64,000 nt of DNA, taken from the NCBI GenBank assembly GCA_963835625.1, contig CAWIGO010000011.1:2174-66173 (forward strand), given 5' to 3'. Shown piece by piece: positions 1 to 10,230 of the stretch. The stretch's first letter is position 1; every line of letters starts with the position of its first letter. The DNA comes from an uncultured Verrucomicrobiae bacterium (GTDB lineage Bacteria; Verrucomicrobiota; Verrucomicrobiia; Limisphaerales; UBA11358). A program made the translations under genes and the position numbers. The notes under the pieces are model-generated. The model ran no database searches. It saw nothing but the letters and a program-made list of their open reading frames with translations, and had not been told where the DNA came from.

Positions 1-272
1 GGTCGGCCATTCGGTTCGATGTTTTGTGGAAAGCGTCAAATACCGGCGGCGCGGAGTTAAAGTTGTGGGTTGAACTTCGCGGCATCGGCCAGAACGGATT
101 GCCGCGTCAGGCCACGCTCGACCAGGTCGTAAAGTCCGGTTTCTTCCGGCACTGGACTTCGGTGACGCTCAGCGGCGAAAATTATAAAAAATTCGGCGAA
201 CTCGTCGCATGGCGCGTCACGTTGTGGGCGGGCGACCAAATAATCGGCGAGCAAAAGTCATTTTTATGGTGA
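1..272 (+). CDS. 3-prime end of a CDS that starts upstream of the window (hypothetical protein ending ...AWRVTLWAGDQIIGEQKSFLW)
   Basis: The frame is open from base 3 to TGA at 270-272, so ORF 24..272 is only the in-window part. No family recognised. Antisense ORF 57..254 looks like GC-driven noise. Confidence 0.4.
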   Translation, partial: SAIRFDVLWKASNTGGAELKLWVELRGIGQNGLPRQATLDQVVKSGFFRHWTSVTLSGENYKKFGELVAWRVTLWAGDQIIGEQKSFLW

Positions 273-323
273 AACGGGCGTCCGCCCCGGACCGGTTAAG
301 ATCTGCGGTGGCCCGCGCCAGCC

Positions 324-1283
324 TCAAGTTGCACCTGGCGCTAGGCATACCCACCGCCAGCTCGAATCCGAGCGCAGCCGCATCAATTTCAACTGACCTT
401 CGACGTGGATTTTTTTGTCCCGCGCCAGTATCGCCTGCTCGTAGCATTTCAATGCCTCATCGTAACGCTGCAGCCGGTTGAGCAATCCGCCTTTATACAA
501 ATACGCCGTGACCAGCGCGCCGTCCGCCGCAATAGCGCGGTCGCAACACGCCAGCGCCTCGTCCACGCGGCCGAGCTTTTCCAGCGCCGACGCTTTTTTA
601 ACCAGCGCCTCCGGGTTTTGCGGCTGCGCGGACAGAAATTTTTCAAAACAGTCCAGTGCCTTCCGCGGCTCGTTCGCGTCGAGAAATGTCTGTCCCTCGG
701 CGAGCGGGTCGGCGGACTTCGCCGCCGGCTCCGCCAGCAGCCGCCCGCTGCTTTCGAGTTCGAGGATTTTTTTCTCCAGTTGTCCGACGATGTCGAGCAG
801 GCGTGCATTGGAAACCTCCACCGTCGCGCGACCCGGCGCGACGAGTTGTTGGACGGCCCCGGCGGACGCCAACGCGGCGCCCTGGCGCGACGCGATTTCC
901 ACCAGCCGCACCACCGAGCGCCATTGGAAGTAGGCCATGAACAGCACCGCCGCCAGCACCGTCAACCCGAACGCACCCGCCAGCATGAACATGGACTGCT
1001 GGTTTTTCTGCGCCGTCGCGAGGTCGCCGGCGCGCTGCGCGGCGATGGTTTGTTCGAGCGCCTGGATGCGCGCGGCCGTGTCCGCGGCGCTTTGCCGGGA
1101 CTCCTCGCGGCTTTTTTCCAGCGCCAGCTGCGTGTCGTAAAGCTGCGCCTGGATTTGCAGATAACCATTCGCCACCGCGTCGGCGTTCATGAACATTGAA
1201 TTGGTTTCCGCCGCGAGACTCCGCACCGCAAAAAGCGCGGCGAGGCAGACCGCTGGAAAAATTTTGAAAAGGCCGGATTTCAT
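324..1283 (-). CDS. Exported or membrane-anchored coiled-coil protein with C-terminal TPR repeats
   Basis: Signal-like N-terminus MKSGLFKIFPAVCLAALFAVRSLAAE at an internal Met (ORF extends to 1313). Internal hydrophobic helix MFMLAGAFGLTVLAAVLFMAYF. C-terminal TPR-like repeats (ALDCFEKFLSAQPQNPEALVKKASALEKLGRVDEALACCDRAIAAD...). Confidence 0.6.
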   Translation of the reverse strand: MKSGLFKIFPAVCLAALFAVRSLAAETNSMFMNADAVANGYLQIQAQLYDTQLALEKSREESRQSAADTAARIQALEQTIAAQRAGDLATAQKNQQSMFMLAGAFGLTVLAAVLFMAYFQWRSVVRLVEIASRQGAALASAGAVQQLVAPGRATVEVSNARLLDIVGQLEKKILELESSGRLLAEPAAKSADPLAEGQTFLDANEPRKALDCFEKFLSAQPQNPEALVKKASALEKLGRVDEALACCDRAIAADGALVTAYLYKGGLLNRLQRYDEALKCYEQAILARDKKIHVEGQLKLMRLRSDSSWRWVCLAPGAT

Positions 1284-1367
1284 AACCAGCCGCGCAGCGT
1301 GGGCGTTCGGCAAAACGATGTCAAGTGCGCCGCGATCATTGGTAGGGACGGCTCGCCGCGCGGACCC

Positions 1368-2138
1368 TCACTGTGCCTTCAAATCAAACTCCAATCGCGT
1401 GCGCGAGCCAGTCCGGACATTGCGGATTTCCATGTCCTGAAGTTCCCATTGGCCGTTTACTTTTTTGAACGATTTCGGATCGAATTCCTTCAGCAACCCG
1501 CCCTTCGCATCGTAAGCCTCGGCGTGGACGATGCCCCCGCTCTCATTATCAATCCACGAAACCACGCGGGAGTAACCGTTTGTGGACGGACTTGGATTTG
1601 TGCTTTCCAAGACCTTGCATGAACGCCCCCGCCGCATTTCATGCCTCAAAATTTTTTGCTCCGGCCAATGGAAAAATTCCAGGCCCAAATCGGCAATCCA
1701 AAAATCCGAACCGGCGAATGGAATCATGGTTTGATTGCCTGTAAGATTTGTTACAACAGGCTCAAGTTCTATTTCATTAAAAAGCTCGTAATACCGATAT
1801 TGATGGGGGCTGCTGCCATTGTGCGTTACAACAAGTGAAGTCCAGCCGAGGTGCTTTGCATTTGTGCCTATAATCTTATGTATGTTATAGACACATTGCC
1901 AATTTGTTTCTGTGATAGTAGTGCGAAAGCCAATTGGAATTTCGGCTGTCTTGCCGTTACCGTCGCGGATTGTCAAAACACCCGTATTAGTGAAATTTTC
2001 GGCGGGGCGTTGTTCCAGAAGCTGTTGGGCGAGTTGACGGCCTTGAATTTCCACGTCGGGCAAATCGTTCGTCGTCGAAGCGAACGCACCAACAGCGGCC
2101 AGCAAACTCAATGCAAAGACTGCAAGCCGTGACTTCAT
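1368..2138 (-). CDS. Outer membrane lipoprotein-sorting (LolA-fold) family protein, secreted
   Basis: 256-aa ORF with signal peptide MKSRLAVFALSLLAAVGAFAS. Beta-rich sequence with a C-terminal pattern typical of the lipoprotein-sorting family. Its start overlaps the lon stop (ATGA). Confidence 0.55.
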   Translation of the reverse strand: MKSRLAVFALSLLAAVGAFASTTNDLPDVEIQGRQLAQQLLEQRPAENFTNTGVLTIRDGNGKTAEIPIGFRTTITETNWQCVYNIHKIIGTNAKHLGWTSLVVTHNGSSPHQYRYYELFNEIELEPVVTNLTGNQTMIPFAGSDFWIADLGLEFFHWPEQKILRHEMRRGRSCKVLESTNPSPSTNGYSRVVSWIDNESGGIVHAEAYDAKGGLLKEFDPKSFKKVNGQWELQDMEIRNVRTGSRTRLEFDLKAQ

Positions 2139-4528
2139 TTCGGCTCCAGCGCCAGCCGTATAACGTCCGAAATATGCCGGACGAAATGGACTTTGAGTCT
2201 GGCGCGCACTTCCGCCGGCACGTCCAGCCAGTCCGATTTGTTTAGTTCCGGCAAAATGACTTCCTTGATGCCAAAGCGCACCGCGGCCAGCACCTTTTCC
2301 TTGACGCCGCCGACGCGCAACACCCGGCCACGCAGGCTGATTTCACCGGTCATCGCGACGCGAAAACGCACGCGCCGCCTGGTGAGCAGCGATGCCAGCG
2401 CCGCGACGATGGCCACGCCCGCGCTTGGCCCGTCTTTCGGCGTCGCACCGGCGGGCACGTGAATGTGAAAATCGAATTTATTGTAATTGCTCAAGTCCAA
2501 ATCAAGTGATTTGGCCTGACTGCGCAAATAACTTACCGCCGTTTGCGCGCTTTCTTTCATCACTTCGCCGAGTGAGCCGGTCAAAAGCAGATGGCCTTTG
2601 CCGCTCATCCGCGTCGCTTCGATGAACAAAATGTCGCCGCCGACCGGCGTCCAGGCGAGGCCGGTGGCGATGCCGCATTCGGTGATTTTCTCCGCCGTTT
2701 CAGAAACGAATGGCGCGTAGCCCAAATAATTTTTCAATCCACTGGCATCGAGCTTGAGCGTCGCGGCCACGCCGTTGCGGGAAGTAATTTTCCGCACGGC
2801 CTTGCGCGCCAGCGCGGCGATTTCGCGTTCCAACTGTCGCACACCGGCTTCGCGTGTGTATTCACGGATGAGTTTGCGGAGCGCGGCGTCGGTGAATTTC
2901 AGGTCCTGCTGCGTGAGGCCGTGCTCCTCGATCTGGCGCGGGGCGAGATAACGTTTGGCGATCTGCAATTTTTCGGACTCGGTGTAACTGGGCAATTCAA
3001 TGACTTCGAGCCGATCGCGCAATGCGGGATGAATCGGCTCAAGCCAGTTTGCCGTGGTGATGAACAGCACGCGCGACAGGTCGAACGGCAAGTCGAGGTA
3101 ATGATCGGTAAACGCGACATTCTGCTCGGGGTCGAGCACTTCGAGCAATGCTGCCGCCGGGTCGCCGCGAAAATCCGCGCCGATCTTGTCCAATTCGTCG
3201 ATCAAGATGACCGGATTGCGGCTCTCGACGCGGCGCAGCGTCTGGATGATCCGTCCGGGCATCGCGCCGACATAAGTGCGCCTGTGGCCGCGAATCTCGG
3301 CTTCATCGCGCATGCCGCCGAGCGAGAGGCGCGCAAATTTCCGACCGAGCGCTTCGGCCACGCTTTTGCCGAGCGATGTCTTGCCGACACCGGGCGGGCC
3401 GACAAGACAAAGAATCGGCCCTTTGATCTGTTTGCGGCGTTTGATGACAGCAATAAATTCGAGCAAACGATCCTTGATTTTTTCCAGACCGAAATGCTGT
3501 TCGTTTAAAATTTTTTCCGCCGCCTTCAAATCCAATTTGTCCTCGGTTTCCTTTTCCCACGGCAGATTCAAAATCCAGTCGAGATAATTCCGTGAGACGG
3601 CGTATTCGGCGGCAGCGGGCGGCGTTTGCTGAAGGCGTTCGAGTTCCTGCTCGGTGGCTTTGCGCGCTTCGGCGGTCATGGGCGTCCGCTCGATTTTTTC
3701 GCGCAATGATCTGGTTTCGCCGGTGCCCGGCTCGCCTTCGCCCAGTTCATGCTGGATGGCGCGCATTTGTTCGCGCAGGAAAAAATCGCGCTGCGTCTTG
3801 GCGATTGAAGACGCGACATCGTTTTGAATTTTGGAACTGAGCGCGAGCACCTCATGCTCGCGATTGAGCATGGGCAACAGCTTTTGCAGGCGCTCGCGAA
3901 CGGAAACCGTCTCAAGCAGCTTTTGGCGGTCGTCGAGGCTCAAGTTCAAATTGCTGGCGATGAGATCGGCGAAATGTCCGGGCTGTTCGGTGTTCAGCGC
4001 GGCGATTTTGACCTGATCCGAGAGCGCGGGCGACATTTTGGTGATTTCCTCGAATTGCTTGTGCGCATTACGCAGTATCGCCTGCAACTCAATGGAATCT
4101 TCTGTCTTGTCGTGGAGCAGTTCATGGCGCGCGCGCAAATACAGTGCCAATGGAGAATATTCCTTGATGCGGATGCGCCACAGTCCTTCGACCATCACGC
4201 GTGCGGTGCCGTCGGGAAATTTTACCATTTTCACCAGTCGCGAGACACAGCCGATTTCATGCAAGTCTTCCGGTTTCGGTTCGACAACTTCAGGCTTGCG
4301 CTGCAGCACAACGCCCAACAGCCGGTCGCCCGCCACGATGTCATCAATCAGCCGGAGGCTTGATCCCGTTTCCACGAGCAATGGAACAAGCGTGCCGGGG
4401 AAAATCACAATATCTGACAGACCGAGAATCGGCAGAACATCCGGGAGGGAATGCGAAGAAATTCGCGGCGGCGTTCCCGAACCCTCGGCACCAAGAATGC
4501 TGACAAATTCTGTTTCCGGCGAAGCCAT
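2135..4528 (-). CDS. lon: ATP-dependent endopeptidase La (Lon protease)
   Basis: 797 aa. N-terminal LON domain, Walker A GPPGVGKTS, catalytic-serine motif PKDGPSAG. Confidence 0.97.
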   Translation of the reverse strand: MASPETEFVSILGAEGSGTPPRISSHSLPDVLPILGLSDIVIFPGTLVPLLVETGSSLRLIDDIVAGDRLLGVVLQRKPEVVEPKPEDLHEIGCVSRLVKMVKFPDGTARVMVEGLWRIRIKEYSPLALYLRARHELLHDKTEDSIELQAILRNAHKQFEEITKMSPALSDQVKIAALNTEQPGHFADLIASNLNLSLDDRQKLLETVSVRERLQKLLPMLNREHEVLALSSKIQNDVASSIAKTQRDFFLREQMRAIQHELGEGEPGTGETRSLREKIERTPMTAEARKATEQELERLQQTPPAAAEYAVSRNYLDWILNLPWEKETEDKLDLKAAEKILNEQHFGLEKIKDRLLEFIAVIKRRKQIKGPILCLVGPPGVGKTSLGKSVAEALGRKFARLSLGGMRDEAEIRGHRRTYVGAMPGRIIQTLRRVESRNPVILIDELDKIGADFRGDPAAALLEVLDPEQNVAFTDHYLDLPFDLSRVLFITTANWLEPIHPALRDRLEVIELPSYTESEKLQIAKRYLAPRQIEEHGLTQQDLKFTDAALRKLIREYTREAGVRQLEREIAALARKAVRKITSRNGVAATLKLDASGLKNYLGYAPFVSETAEKITECGIATGLAWTPVGGDILFIEATRMSGKGHLLLTGSLGEVMKESAQTAVSYLRSQAKSLDLDLSNYNKFDFHIHVPAGATPKDGPSAGVAIVAALASLLTRRRVRFRVAMTGEISLRGRVLRVGGVKEKVLAAVRFGIKEVILPELNKSDWLDVPAEVRARLKVHFVRHISDVIRLALEPK

Positions 4529-4580
4529 CGTTGTTCCTAGGTTATTAGATGCCGCCGCGCGGGGAAAGATTTATGCGCGG

Positions 4581-4994
4581 CTAATTTCCCTTGGCAACCG
4601 GCACCTTGGAATGCGGCTGAAGCGCCACCGGCACGTCAATCCGCAGAAAACCACTCAAGTAAATCGCCTTGGCCCGGCTTAAATCGTAACCCGGAGGCAG
4701 TTCGAGCATGGTTTCGAAAGGCCCGTAACTGATTTCCATCACGAGAAAATTGCACTTATCCGCCCGGCAACTATCCGGACGGTTGCCGGCAACACGCAGG
4801 CGATTACCTTCGACGGTGATTTCGAGACCGTCACTTTTCATGCCGGCCAGTTCCACCTTGATGACAAGGCCGCTGTCGGTGGCATACACGTCCGTGTTCG
4901 GCACCCAATGTCCGCCGACCGCGCCGCCGCGCCCGCCTAACGTTGCGCCACGCGAAACAAAATGCACTGTCGAACTAACTTTCGTTAAGGCCAT
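4581..4994 (-). CDS. Hsp20/alpha-crystallin family small heat-shock protein
   Basis: Alpha-crystallin core (DVYATDSGLVIKVELAGMKSDGLEITVEGNRLRVAG...GFLRIDVP). Start set at internal Met MALTKV; the ORF extends to 5048. Confidence 0.85.
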   Translation of the reverse strand: MALTKVSSTVHFVSRGATLGGRGGAVGGHWVPNTDVYATDSGLVIKVELAGMKSDGLEITVEGNRLRVAGNRPDSCRADKCNFLVMEISYGPFETMLELPPGYDLSRAKAIYLSGFLRIDVPVALQPHSKVPVAKGN

Positions 4995-5200
4995 GATTGA
5001 AAGTGACAATACCGCAAAAACCTGAATACACAACCGCGCGGACGGCAACCGTCTCCCCGCCAGCCCACAGCTGCCAACATAACCCTAAAAGCAGTTCATG
5101 CAACGTTGTTTTTTTTGGTTTTCTTCGGACAAAAAATGAGTGGCACGTTTTACATTTGTTTCGACCTTGAACTTTGTGTTTGCCGACCTAACCTCGCGCT

Positions 5201-5629
5201 ATGACCGTTGAAACTTTCCGTCACGCGCATCGTGTCACTTATGCCGAATGCACCGTCGGCGACCACGTTTATCACTCGCGCTACCTCGATATGCTCGAAG
5301 CTGCGCGCGGGGAATTTCTTCGGAAACTGGGCACGACAGTTCTGGAGTGGCAGGAGCGCGGCATGATTTTCCCGGTCATTGAAGCTCGCCTGCACTGCAA
5401 ATCGCCTGCGCGTTACGACGACGTGCTGGTGATCGAAGTCTGGCCGACGACCATCGAACGCGTGCGACTGAATTTCGCCCACCGTGTCATCGCTCAAACC
5501 GGCAAACTTATCCTTGAAGCCGAAACGTTTCACGTTTGCACCGGCCTGAATGAAAAACCGAAGCGCATTCCGGAGGAATTGGCCGCAAAACTTGCGCTGT
5601 ATTTGAACATCGGAACGAAAGCCGGCTAA
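5201..5629 (+). CDS. Acyl-CoA thioesterase, 4HBT/YbgC hot-dog fold
   Basis: 142 aa with N-terminal pattern HRVTYAECTVGDHVYHSRYLDMLEAAR typical of YbgC/FadM-like thioesterases. Confidence 0.75.
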   Translation: MTVETFRHAHRVTYAECTVGDHVYHSRYLDMLEAARGEFLRKLGTTVLEWQERGMIFPVIEARLHCKSPARYDDVLVIEVWPTTIERVRLNFAHRVIAQTGKLILEAETFHVCTGLNEKPKRIPEELAAKLALYLNIGTKAG

Positions 5630-5707
5630 GGATTGCAGGAACATTTTGTTCCGGCTTGCGCGCGGGGGCCGTGTCTGTTCAAATTAGGGCGCGGGTGCGA
5701 GCGAACG

Positions 5708-7174
5708 ATGCAATATTATCCCAAGCACTACTGCGGCGTGTTCGGCATTTTCGGGCATCCGAATGCCGCTGAACTCACCTACTATGGTCTTTACGCGCTC
5801 CAGCATCGCGGACAGGAGAGCGCGGGCATTGTCACCTGCCACGACGGGAAATTTTTCAAGCACCACGGCATGGGACTTGTGCCGCAGGTTTTTAATCCGC
5901 ACGTTTTGCACGACCTCGTCGGGAACATGGCCATTGGCCACACGCGTTATTCAACCACCGGTTCATCGCACCTGCGCAATGCCCAGCCGCTCACGGTGGA
6001 TTGCATGCGCGGGCAAATCGCCGTCGCCCACAACGGCAATCTGACCAATGCCGCGCAGCTCCGGGACGAACTCGAAAGTCGCGGCCTCGTATTCCAAACG
6101 ACCGTGGACAGCGAAATCATCATCATGATGCTCGCGCAACCGTCCCTCGGCGGCGTCGAAAACACGCTCGTCCAAACGCTCCGCCGCATTGAAGGCGCGT
6201 ATTCACTCGTCATCATGACTGAAAAGGAATTGATCGGCGCTCGCGACCCGTTCGGTTTTCGTCCGCTGGCGCTTGGCCGCCTCAACGGCTCCTGGGTGCT
6301 GGCGAGCGAATCAGTCGCGTTCGACCAGATTCAGGCGGAATTCGTCCGTGACATTGCGCCGGGCGAAATTGTCATCATCAACGAAAAGGGTTTGGTCAGC
6401 CTACAGGCATTTCCCGAGCACACGCGCCGGGCGTTTTGTATTTTTGAATATGTTTATTTTGCGCGACCGGACAGCACAATTGGCGGGCGCAGCGTTTATG
6501 GAGTTCGCAAGGAAATGGGCCGCCAACTCGCACGCGAATATCCCCTCGCCGCCGACCTTGTTGTTCCCGTGCCCGACAGCGGCGTGTGCGCGGCGCTCGG
6601 TTATTCGGAACAATCCGGTGTGCCGTTCGAGATGGCATTCGTTCGCAATCACTACGTCGGGCGCAGTTTTTTACAGCCGACGCAATTGATTCGCGACTTC
6701 GATGTGCGCGTAAAATTGAATTTGATTTCGTCGCTCGTGAAAAACAAGCGCGTCGTCATCGTGGACGATTCCATCGTGCGTGGCACGACCTGCAAAGCGC
6801 GCGTTAAAACGCTCAAAGAAGCCGGCGCGAAGGAAGTTCACGTGCTGGTGAGTTGTCCGCCGCATATGAACCCCTGCGTTTATGGAATTGATTTTCCCGA
6901 CCGCAGCAAACTCATGGCTGCAAACAACAGCCTGGATGAAATCCGCCGTTACCTGAAGGCCGATTCGCTGCATTACCTTTCGCAGGCGGGCATGGTCAAG
7001 GCCACCGGTTTGCCGAAGGAATCGTTCTGCATGGCCTGCTACGACGGGAATTATCCCGTGCCCTATGATCCGGTGCTCGACAAGCACATCATCGAACGCC
7101 GCCGCCACCAGGCGCAAACGCTCGGCGAAGCCGTCGCGAAGGACAGCGAACAAATCAAATTGCTTCCAGTCTAA
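5708..7174 (+). CDS. purF: Amidophosphoribosyltransferase
   Basis: The propeptide-Cys motif CGVFGIFGH defines the start at ATG 5708 (ORF extends to 5633). PRTase motif [14 protein letters not shown]-terminal Fe-S cysteines. Confidence 0.95.
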   Translation: MQYYPKHYCGVFGIFGHPNAAELTYYGLYALQHRGQESAGIVTCHDGKFFKHHGMGLVPQVFNPHVLHDLVGNMAIGHTRYSTTGSSHLRNAQPLTVDCMRGQIAVAHNGNLTNAAQLRDELESRGLVFQTTVDSEIIIMMLAQPSLGGVENTLVQTLRRIEGAYSLVIMTEKELIGARDPFGFRPLALGRLNGSWVLASESVAFDQIQAEFVRDIAPGEIVIINEKGLVSLQAFPEHTRRAFCIFEYVYFARPDSTIGGRSVYGVRKEMGRQLAREYPLAADLVVPVPDSGVCAALGYSEQSGVPFEMAFVRNHYVGRSFLQPTQLIRDFDVRVKLNLISSLVKNKRVVIVDDSIVRGTTCKARVKTLKEAGAKEVHVLVSCPPHMNPCVYGIDFPDRSKLMAANNSLDEIRRYLKADSLHYLSQAGMVKATGLPKESFCMACYDGNYPVPYDPVLDKHIIERRRHQAQTLGEAVAKDSEQIKLLPV

Positions 7175-8115
7175 CCCGCCGTAATTTCCTGCGGTCCTTT
7201 GCCGCCGTTCAACAAAAACAAGACCGCCATGCGCACGGCGAGACCGTTGGTCACTTGCTCCAAAATCAGCGAACGTCCGCAATCGGCGATTTCACTGTCA
7301 ATTTCCACACCACGATTGATCGGGCCGGGATGCATGATGAGTGCATCCGGCCTGGATTTTGCCAGTCGCGTCTTGTTTAGGCCAAAAAGCTGTGTGTATT
7401 CATTGATGCCGGGAAACATCGTCTTGCGCTGGCGCTCATGCTGGATGCGAAGCAAATGAATGATGTCCGCTTCGCCAATCGCTTCGTCCACATTGTAAGT
7501 CACGCGGCAGCCCATTTGCTCGAATGTCTTGGGCACGAGCGTGGCCGGGCCGCATAACGTCACGTGCGCGCCGAGTTTTTTGAGCGCCCAAATGTTCGAG
7601 CGCGCAACGCGGCTGTAAAGAATATCGCCCAGGATTGTGACGTTCAGCCCCTTGATTTTTCCCTTGCGTTCGAGAATGGTGAGCGCGTCGAGCAGCGCCT
7701 GCGTGGGATGCTCGTGCGCTCCGTCACCGGCATTGATGACGCTGGCGTTGAGCACACGCGACAGAAAATGCGGCGCGCCCGACGCGCTGTGACGGATGAC
7801 GATGAAATCGACGTTGAGCGCCTCAAGGTTGCGCGCGGTGTCCTTGAGCGTCTCGCCTTTTTTGAACGATGACGCCTCGGCGGAAAAATTGATGATGTCC
7901 GCCGACAACCGTTGCTCGGCCAGTTCAAAACTGATGCGCGTCCGTGTCGAGGGTTCAATAAACAAATTCACCACCGTTTTGCCGCGCAGGGCGGGAACTT
8001 TCTTGATCGCGCGTTCGCCGACGGCCTTGAACGCCCGCGCCGTGTCGAGCACGATCATGATTTCATCCGCCGTGAGCGATTCGATGTCGAGCAGATGCTT
8101 GCGGTTCCAGATCAT
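7171..8115 (-). CDS. pyrB: Aspartate carbamoyltransferase catalytic subunit
   Basis: 314 aa with STRTR and HPTQ motifs. Overlaps the pyrR stop. Confidence 0.95.
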   Translation of the reverse strand: MIWNRKHLLDIESLTADEIMIVLDTARAFKAVGERAIKKVPALRGKTVVNLFIEPSTRTRISFELAEQRLSADIINFSAEASSFKKGETLKDTARNLEALNVDFIVIRHSASGAPHFLSRVLNASVINAGDGAHEHPTQALLDALTILERKGKIKGLNVTILGDILYSRVARSNIWALKKLGAHVTLCGPATLVPKTFEQMGCRVTYNVDEAIGEADIIHLLRIQHERQRKTMFPGINEYTQLFGLNKTRLAKSRPDALIMHPGPINRGVEIDSEIADCGRSLILEQVTNGLAVRMAVLFLLNGGKGPQEITAG

Positions 8116-8648
8116 TTTGGCCTTTCGAGCACGACTTCGTTTTCACTGCCCTGTTCGCCAAGTCGCACATGAATTTTTTCGCTCACAGCGGTCGGCACAT
8201 TTTTGCCGACAAAATCCGCTTTGATCGGCAGTTCGCGATGTCCGCGGTCAATGAGCACGGCCAGTTGAATTTTTTTTGGACGGCCAAAATCATTCAGCGC
8301 ATCCATGGCCGCACGCGTCGTGCGGCCGCTGAACAGCACGTCGTCCACGAGCACGACGGTTTTGCCGGTCACATTGAACGGTATGACGGTGGGGTGAACC
8401 TTGGGCGCGGCGCGGCGATCCAAATCGTCGCGGTGCATCGAAACGTCGAGACTGCCGAGCGGCACGGCGTGTTTCCAAATTTCCGCGAGAATTTTTCCGA
8501 GCTGTTGCGAGAGCGGCACACCGCCTTCAGGAATGCCGACGAGCACGACCTCCGCGCCAACGTCGTTGCGCTCGGCGATTTCATGCGCGATGCGCGTCAG
8601 CGCGCGCTGAATCGCGGCGGCATCGAGGATGACAACGGATTCAGGCAT
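8112..8648 (-). CDS. pyrR: Bifunctional pyrimidine operon regulator / uracil phosphoribosyltransferase PyrR
   Basis: [19 protein letters not shown]-terminus and PRPP motif [16 protein letters not shown] at 8648 preferred; GTG at 8666 is possible. Confidence 0.9.
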   Translation of the reverse strand: MPESVVILDAAAIQRALTRIAHEIAERNDVGAEVVLVGIPEGGVPLSQQLGKILAEIWKHAVPLGSLDVSMHRDDLDRRAAPKVHPTVIPFNVTGKTVVLVDDVLFSGRTTRAAMDALNDFGRPKKIQLAVLIDRGHRELPIKADFVGKNVPTAVSEKIHVRLGEQGSENEVVLERPK

Positions 8649-8760
8649 AAAAAATCGCGAACTCACTCCGTTGGACGGAGCCGATTCGCGTTGTACATTT
8701 TGTGCTCATGTTTTCCTTCGCCGCCTCGCCGGGCTGCGTTAAAGGAATATTTTTGGTTTT

Positions 8761-8967
8761 TCAGTGGCTGGCGGCTTGACGGGCTTTGCGCCAGCTTGAA
8801 CGATGTTTGATGATCCAATCCGTCAGCGCCTGCTCGAATCCGATGTCGTGCCCGGCCTTTTCCGACTCAATCCACTTGTGTCGGAGGATCTCCTCGCGTT
8901 CAGCCTGAAACTCGCGGTAAAGCGAGGAGTTCTTCAATAAACAGTCCGCTAAAGGAGTGTCTTTCAT
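8761..8967 (-). CDS. Small conserved hypothetical protein (motif HKWIESEKAGHDIGFEQALTDWI)
   Basis: 68-71 aa ORF with an AT-rich promoter-like region upstream. The KWxxSEKxGxDxG motif recurs in small uncharacterised bacterial proteins; the family name is not certain. Confidence 0.5.
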   Translation of the reverse strand: MKDTPLADCLLKNSSLYREFQAEREEILRHKWIESEKAGHDIGFEQALTDWIIKHRSSWRKARQAASH

Positions 8968-9071
8968 AACGTCCAACGTAAATAATTACTCGGTATAGAT
9001 TAAAACTTTGCAAACAGATTGACAACTAAAATCTGGGCGGCTGGAAAACCCAAAAAATACCTGCAAATAAT

Positions 9072-10136
9072 TCACTCCAACTTCTTCCGCAGCGTTTCGG
9101 CAATTTGGATAAACACCTGTCCCGCCGGATGATTCGGCGTTGAAACCACAATCGGCGTTCCGCGTTCGCCGCCTTCGCAGATTTCAGTGAAGATCGGCAC
9201 TTCACCGAGGAATGGAACATTTTGCCGCACGGCTTCTTCTCTTCCGCCGCCATGACCGAAAATTTCCACGCGCTCGCCGTTCGGCGCGGTGAAGTAACTC
9301 ATGTTCTCCACGATGCCGAGAATCGGCACGTTCACTTTATTAAACATGGCGATGCCTTTGCGCACGACGCCGAGCGACGCTTCCTGCGGCGTGGTCACGA
9401 TGATACCGCCGTCGAGCGGCACGGTCTGGCACAGCGACAATTGCGCGTCGCCCGTGCCCGGCGGCAAGTCCACGAGCAGAAAATCCAGTTCGCCCCACTC
9501 AACCGCCATCAGAAATTGCTGAATCGTTTTTGTAATCATCGGTCCGCGCCAAATCACCGGCTGGTCGTCCGTGAGCAACAAACCGATGCTCATCACTTTC
9601 ACGCCGTGGCCCACTGGCGGCACGAGTTGTTCCTGCTGGCTGATGGTCGGACGTTCGTGGACGCCCATCATCAGCGGAATGCTCGGCCCGTAAACGTCGC
9701 TATCGAGCAATCCGACGCTTGCGCCGAGTTGTTTCAATGCGCAGGCAAGATTCGCGGACACCGTGGATTTGCCGACGCCGCCTTTGCCGCTGGCAATGGC
9801 AATTGTGCGCTTCACGCCCGGCACGCGATTTTGATTTGCCCATGGATTCAGCCCGGCGTCCTGACCGGCGGCGGGCAATGTGATTTCGACGTGAACGCGC
9901 TTCACGCCGGGCAATTGTTTTAAAACGCGCTCGCTTTCTTCCCTGATTTGGCGTGCGGAGTCAGCGTTGGGCGTGGTCAATTGCATCGAAACACTGACCG
10001 CGCCGTTGGCGACAGCGATGTCTTTGATGAGGCCGAACGAAACGATGTCGCGCGAGTAGCCGGGATACTTGACGGCCTTCAGCGCGTTCTGGATATCGTC
10101 TTGTGTGAGCATGGCGAAACCGTGATAAACTGCCAT
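9072..10136 (-). CDS. apbC: Mrp/NBP35 family Fe-S cluster carrier ATPase (ApbC) with N-terminal DUF59 domain
   Basis: Deviant Walker A SGKGGVGKST, CxxC-like region, N-terminal DUF59-like segment. Confidence 0.92.
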   Translation of the reverse strand: MAVYHGFAMLTQDDIQNALKAVKYPGYSRDIVSFGLIKDIAVANGAVSVSMQLTTPNADSARQIREESERVLKQLPGVKRVHVEITLPAAGQDAGLNPWANQNRVPGVKRTIAIASGKGGVGKSTVSANLACALKQLGASVGLLDSDVYGPSIPLMMGVHERPTISQQEQLVPPVGHGVKVMSIGLLLTDDQPVIWRGPMITKTIQQFLMAVEWGELDFLLVDLPPGTGDAQLSLCQTVPLDGGIIVTTPQEASLGVVRKGIAMFNKVNVPILGIVENMSYFTAPNGERVEIFGHGGGREEAVRQNVPFLGEVPIFTEICEGGERGTPIVVSTPNHPAGQVFIQIAETLRKKLE

Positions 10137-10230
10137 TCACGCGGCCAAACGCAAGCGCGCTCCAGACTTGCGCGAGTTTAAATTGCATGGGAGATTGACG
10201 CTCTAATCTTTGGAATTGGATAACTAAATC

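Noticed and set aside
405-1199. Long antisense ORFs opposite well-supported genes, all with Arg/Gly/His-rich low-complexity translations. Examples are 405..1199, 2591..3508, 14579..15916, 28058..28993, 40930..41667, 41766..42836, 43247..44275, 44363..46096, 51836..52918 and 54404..55477.
   Set aside because: Each overlaps a gene with clear family motifs on the other strand. High GC suppresses stop codons in antisense frames, and no domain signatures are visible.
1342-1371. GTAGGGACGGCTCGCCGCGCGGACCCTCAC as a sixth REP copy
   Set aside because: It shares only the GTAGGGAC head and a CCCT-AC-like tail, and no stable stem can be drawn. At best it is a decayed relic, so it is not listed as a feature.
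4529-4580. Hairpin GCCGCGC-N14-GCGCGGC between hsp20 and lon as a terminator or heat-shock control element
   Set aside because: There is no U-run and the loop is long. It matches no known CIRCE, HAIR or ROSE-type element that I can recognise.
8649-8760. Possible PyrR-binding attenuator hairpin (CTCCGT-CCA-ACGGAG) in the pyrR leader
   Set aside because: The loop and stem match the conserved PyrR binding-loop consensus (UCCAGAGAGG) at only about 6 of 10 positions. No terminator/antiterminator alternative is visible, so the evidence is insufficient.
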